Source: Prorocentrum cordatum
Lineage: Eukaryota
Length of the DNA: 64,000 nt
Assembly: GCA_963575745.1 (NCBI GenBank)
Contig: CAUYUJ010000194.1
Span: 1 to 64,000 of the forward strand
Direction of reading: 5' to 3'
The notes beneath the pieces were generated by a model. The model saw only the letters and a list, made by a program, of their open reading frames with translations, was not told where the DNA came from and did no database searches. A program made the position numbers and the translations under genes. Below are positions 60,701 to 64,000 of this stretch, piece after piece (positions within the stretch are counted from its first letter, which is position 1; every line of letters starts with the position of its first letter).

Positions 60701-63371
60701 GGGACTCGTAAAGCTTCCTGACAATATATAATGTAGAAAAAAATACACAGAAAAAAAAATTGTTCAGCCCAAGCAATTCCAAACCTCTCGGATGCAATGC
60801 CGAACGCCCCCGACGCTTCTGGATTATCTTCTGTACGAGCTCTGTAACTCTCCTACAGCCCGAGTTTCGTGCGAAAATCGACAGCACCTCTCAAGATGCC
60901 TCGAATAATACGAATAGTTTGGCAAACCTAGCTCGAGTGTCAGACCGAGTTCAGACCTCATGCCACAGGTGGACGCGTCTGATGTAAGCGAATGGACTGC
61001 GATTACCAGCCCAACAGCCCCCCCTGAGTTAAGTGCAGGAAACTGACAGCACCTGTCAGGATGACTCGAACAATGCGAATATTTTTGCAGACCTAGTTCG
61101 GGCAGCAGACAGAGTTCGAAGCTCTGGATTCGAAAGGCGGACGCGCCTGATGTCTTCGAATCGATTCTAGTGATAAACCAGCCATGCAGCTGCCCTACAG
61201 CCCGAGTTAAGTGCAGAGAACTAACAGCATCTCTCAAGATAACTCGAGCAATACGAATAGTTTCTGCGATTCTAGATCGGGCTGCAGACCGAGTTCAGAG
61301 CTCTGGAGTCAACAGACAAGGGCCACTGATGATTCTGAATAAGATTCTGTACGTATCAGCTCTTTACTGTCCTTTAGCTCGACTTTACAGAAAACCCGGA
61401 GCGTCTCTCAAGATAACTCGAATAATACGAATAAGTTTGCGGACCTAGCTCGGCTAGCAGACCGAGTTCAGACCTCTGGGTTGAACAGGCGAACGCGCCT
61501 GATTATTCTGAATCGATTAGCTGTGCTTATCAGCTCTGTGCCTGCCCTGAAGCTCGAGTTATCTTGAGAAAACCGTTACAGCGTGACAAGCTGACCCGAG
61601 ACGGGCGATCCCGCCGCAGTGCTTTTTGGCAGTAAAAGGTACCCGATCGAGCTGAGATCAAGATGGCGAGCGGGAATAAGATCGAATTTTGCAGAAAAAA
61701 TACTAGAGCTCCAACGAATGCTTCAATTTCGAGAACCGAAATTTCAACCGACCAAAAGTCATCAAAATGTCCGTCGAGATTTTTCTTGCCAACTAGCTCT
61801 CCAGCGCCCCGGAATTACTCTTAAGCTTCCATCAATGACTTGCTAAGGGAAGCTCTACGAGTCATTTTCAACTGACAAAAAGTCAGCAAAAGGTCCGTAG
61901 AGATTTTCCACCAGCGTCCGGCTTCTAAACCCTTTAGCTCTCAGCGAGCTCTCCGGATATTACTTTTAAGCTTCCAGCGACTTGGTAGCGTCCAACTGGG
62001 AACCCGCGGTAAACCGTCAACCAGGTTACCGCCGGGAGCCTCGTAGAGCTCTGCATAGACCAGCTTGGTTCCGAGATAACGCAGAATAATAGCTTCAAAC
62101 ATAAAGACACTGTTTTTTTGGTCGTACACAATGGTGGTTCCCCCTAGTCTTTTAATCGAAATAATGCAGCTAGGGCCCTGAGAATTGCACTATCGAAAGC
62201 GCCATGATTCACTGCATAGAATAAAAATTCAAATTCGCAAAACGAATTTCAAAATCTCTCGCCATCTTCGAATCTTTCATGGTAGCGTTCAAAACCCGGA
62301 GAGCGAAGACACCCTCGGAAACGGGAATCTTTCCTGCAGAGTCTTGGGGGGCCCCCCTACAGCGCTGCTGAAGCGCTGCCAGGATTGCTTCCATGCATGC
62401 CTGCAGGCGTGCAGGCACGCTTGGAAGCTTACCGGAAGCTCTCCCGGACCCGTTGCCGGGTCGCCGGAGTTTCTGCGGGGAACGTGGAGCGCCGTGGAGG
62501 AGCTCCTGGCAGGCACCACCACCGTCCGGCTTCTAATCTTAAACCCTTTAGCTCTCAGCGAGCTCTCCGGGAACTGGGCGCCGGCGGTAAACCGTCAACC
62601 TTCCTTACCGCCGGGGGACTCGTAGAGCTTCCTGATAATATATAATGTGGAAAAAATGCAGAGAACGAATAGTTTTTCAGCCCAAGCGATTTCAGACCTC
62701 TCGATGCAACAGCCGAACGCCCCCGATGCTTCTGGATTGTCTTCTTTGCGAGCTCTGTAGCTCTCCTACAGCCCGAGGTACGTGCGTAAATCGACAGCAC
62801 CTCTCAAAGATGACTCTAACAAAACGAACAGTTTGGCAACCCAGCTCGAGTATCAAACCGAGTTCAGACCTCTGAATGCGACAGGCGGACGCGTCTGATG
62901 TCTGCGAATCGATTCCTGTGATTACCAGCCCTGCAGCCCCCCGACAGCCCGAGCTAAGTGCAGAAAACCGACAGCACCTCTCAGGATGACTCGAACAATA
63001 CAATAGTTTCGCGGACCTAGTTCGGGCAGCAGACCGAGTTCCCGGCTCTGGATTCGACAAGCGGACGCGCCTGATGTCTTCAAATCGATTCCTGTGACCA
63101 CCAGCACTGTAGCCCCCCCAGCCCGAGTTGAATGCAGAAAACCGAGAGCACTTCTCAAGATGACTCGAACAATACGAATAGTTTCGCGATTCTAGATCGG
63201 GCAGCAGACCGAGTTCAGAGCTCTAGATTCAACAAAAAAATGCGACTGGTGATTCTGAATCGGTTTCTGTAAGTATTAGCTCTGTAGCTGTCGTATAGCT
63301 CGAGTTAATTACAGAAAACCGAGAGCGTCTGTCAAGATGACTCGAATAATACGAATAGGTTTGCAGACCTG

Positions 63372-63897
63372 AAAAAAACGAATCACGCAAGCACGTGTAG
63401 CACTCATGTGAAGAAGTTTTTCGATCATAACTTCTTCAATAGCCAGCTCTGAACACTCTTCCGCCACAAGTAGACGCACATCATCATTCTCAAACGATTT
63501 GGTTTGCTTGCCATCTCTGTAGCTTGCCTACAGCTCGAGTTAAGTTTAAAAAACCGAATCACGCAAGCACGTGTAGCACTCATGTGAAGGAGTTTTTCGA
63601 TCATAACTTCTTCCATGACCAGTTCTGAACACTCTCCCGCCACATGTAGACGCGCATTATCATTATACATCGATTTGGTGTGCTTGCTATCTCTGTAGCT
63701 GGCCTACAGCTCGGGTTAAGTTGAGGAACCGAATCACGCAAGCACGGTTAGCACTCATGTGAAGAAGTTTTTCGATCATAACTTCTTCAATGGCCAGCTC
63801 TGAACACTCTCCCGCCACATTTAGACGCGCATCATCATTCTACATCGATTTGGTGTGCTTGCCATCTCTGTGGCTGGCCTACAGCTAGAGTTAAGTT
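63372..63897 (+). repeat. Second ~176-bp tandem family, 3 copies
   Basis: GAATCACGCAAGCAC at 63380, 63556 and 63731. Confidence 0.9.
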
Positions 63898-63923
63898 GTT
63901 TTTTAATTTTATTTTTTTTTTTG

Positions 63924-64000
<77 letters not shown>
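63924..64000. other. Poly(A) run reaching the window end
   Basis: Directly visible; could be a retroelement tail or a sequencing/assembly artefact. Confidence 0.6.

Larger units (their letters stand above)
43600..63370 (-). mobile_element. Nest of ~21 non-autonomous Helentron/Helitron2-like units (hairpin plus subterminal inverted repeats)
   Basis: Recurrent hairpin CCGGCGGTRA-N13/14-TYACCGCCGG followed by CTCGTAGAGCT; the complementary AGCTCTACGAG marks the far ends of complete units. Confidence 0.65.
44578..63370 (+). repeat. ~177-bp satellite monomer in eight arrays of ~4-5 copies (about 44578-45400, 46290-47185, 52843-53670, 54050-54870, 57855-58640, 59695-60510, 60780-61570, 62690-63370)
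   Basis: GACCTAGCTCGAGTAGCAGACCGAGTTCAGACCTCT...GATGACTCGAATAATACGAATAGTTTCGCG; CTAG at 44761 and 44937 gives a period of 176. Confidence 0.9.

Overview
This window looks like repeat-saturated eukaryotic DNA. The GC-rich, microsatellite-dense style suggests a dinoflagellate such as Prorocentrum, but that is an inference. I found no intact host gene, rRNA, tRNA or CRISPR array. Recognisable coding remnants are: the C-terminus of a tyrosine recombinase followed by split direct repeats (DIRS/Ngaro-like end, 1-1499), a disrupted non-LTR (LINE) RT ORF2 (10992-13786), a probable Helitron Rep-associated remnant (~42930-43508), and a cargo ORF with one premature stop (50001-51485). Two non-coding systems stand out. 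(1) At 7.0-21 kb and 39.5-40.9 kb, modules are joined at (AAC)n/(GTT)n microsatellites, and one ~160-bp module and its neighbouring arm occur in both orientations. (2) At 43.6-63.9 kb, about 21 copies of a covarying hairpin are paired with subfamily-specific 15-16-bp inverted repeats, a Helentron/Helitron2-like layout, and many units carry ~177-bp satellite arrays. One of these hairpins has been split by two tandem, related insertions, with the same 10-bp core CAACCTGGTC at all three junctions. Coordinates of degenerate repeats were read by eye and are approximate.
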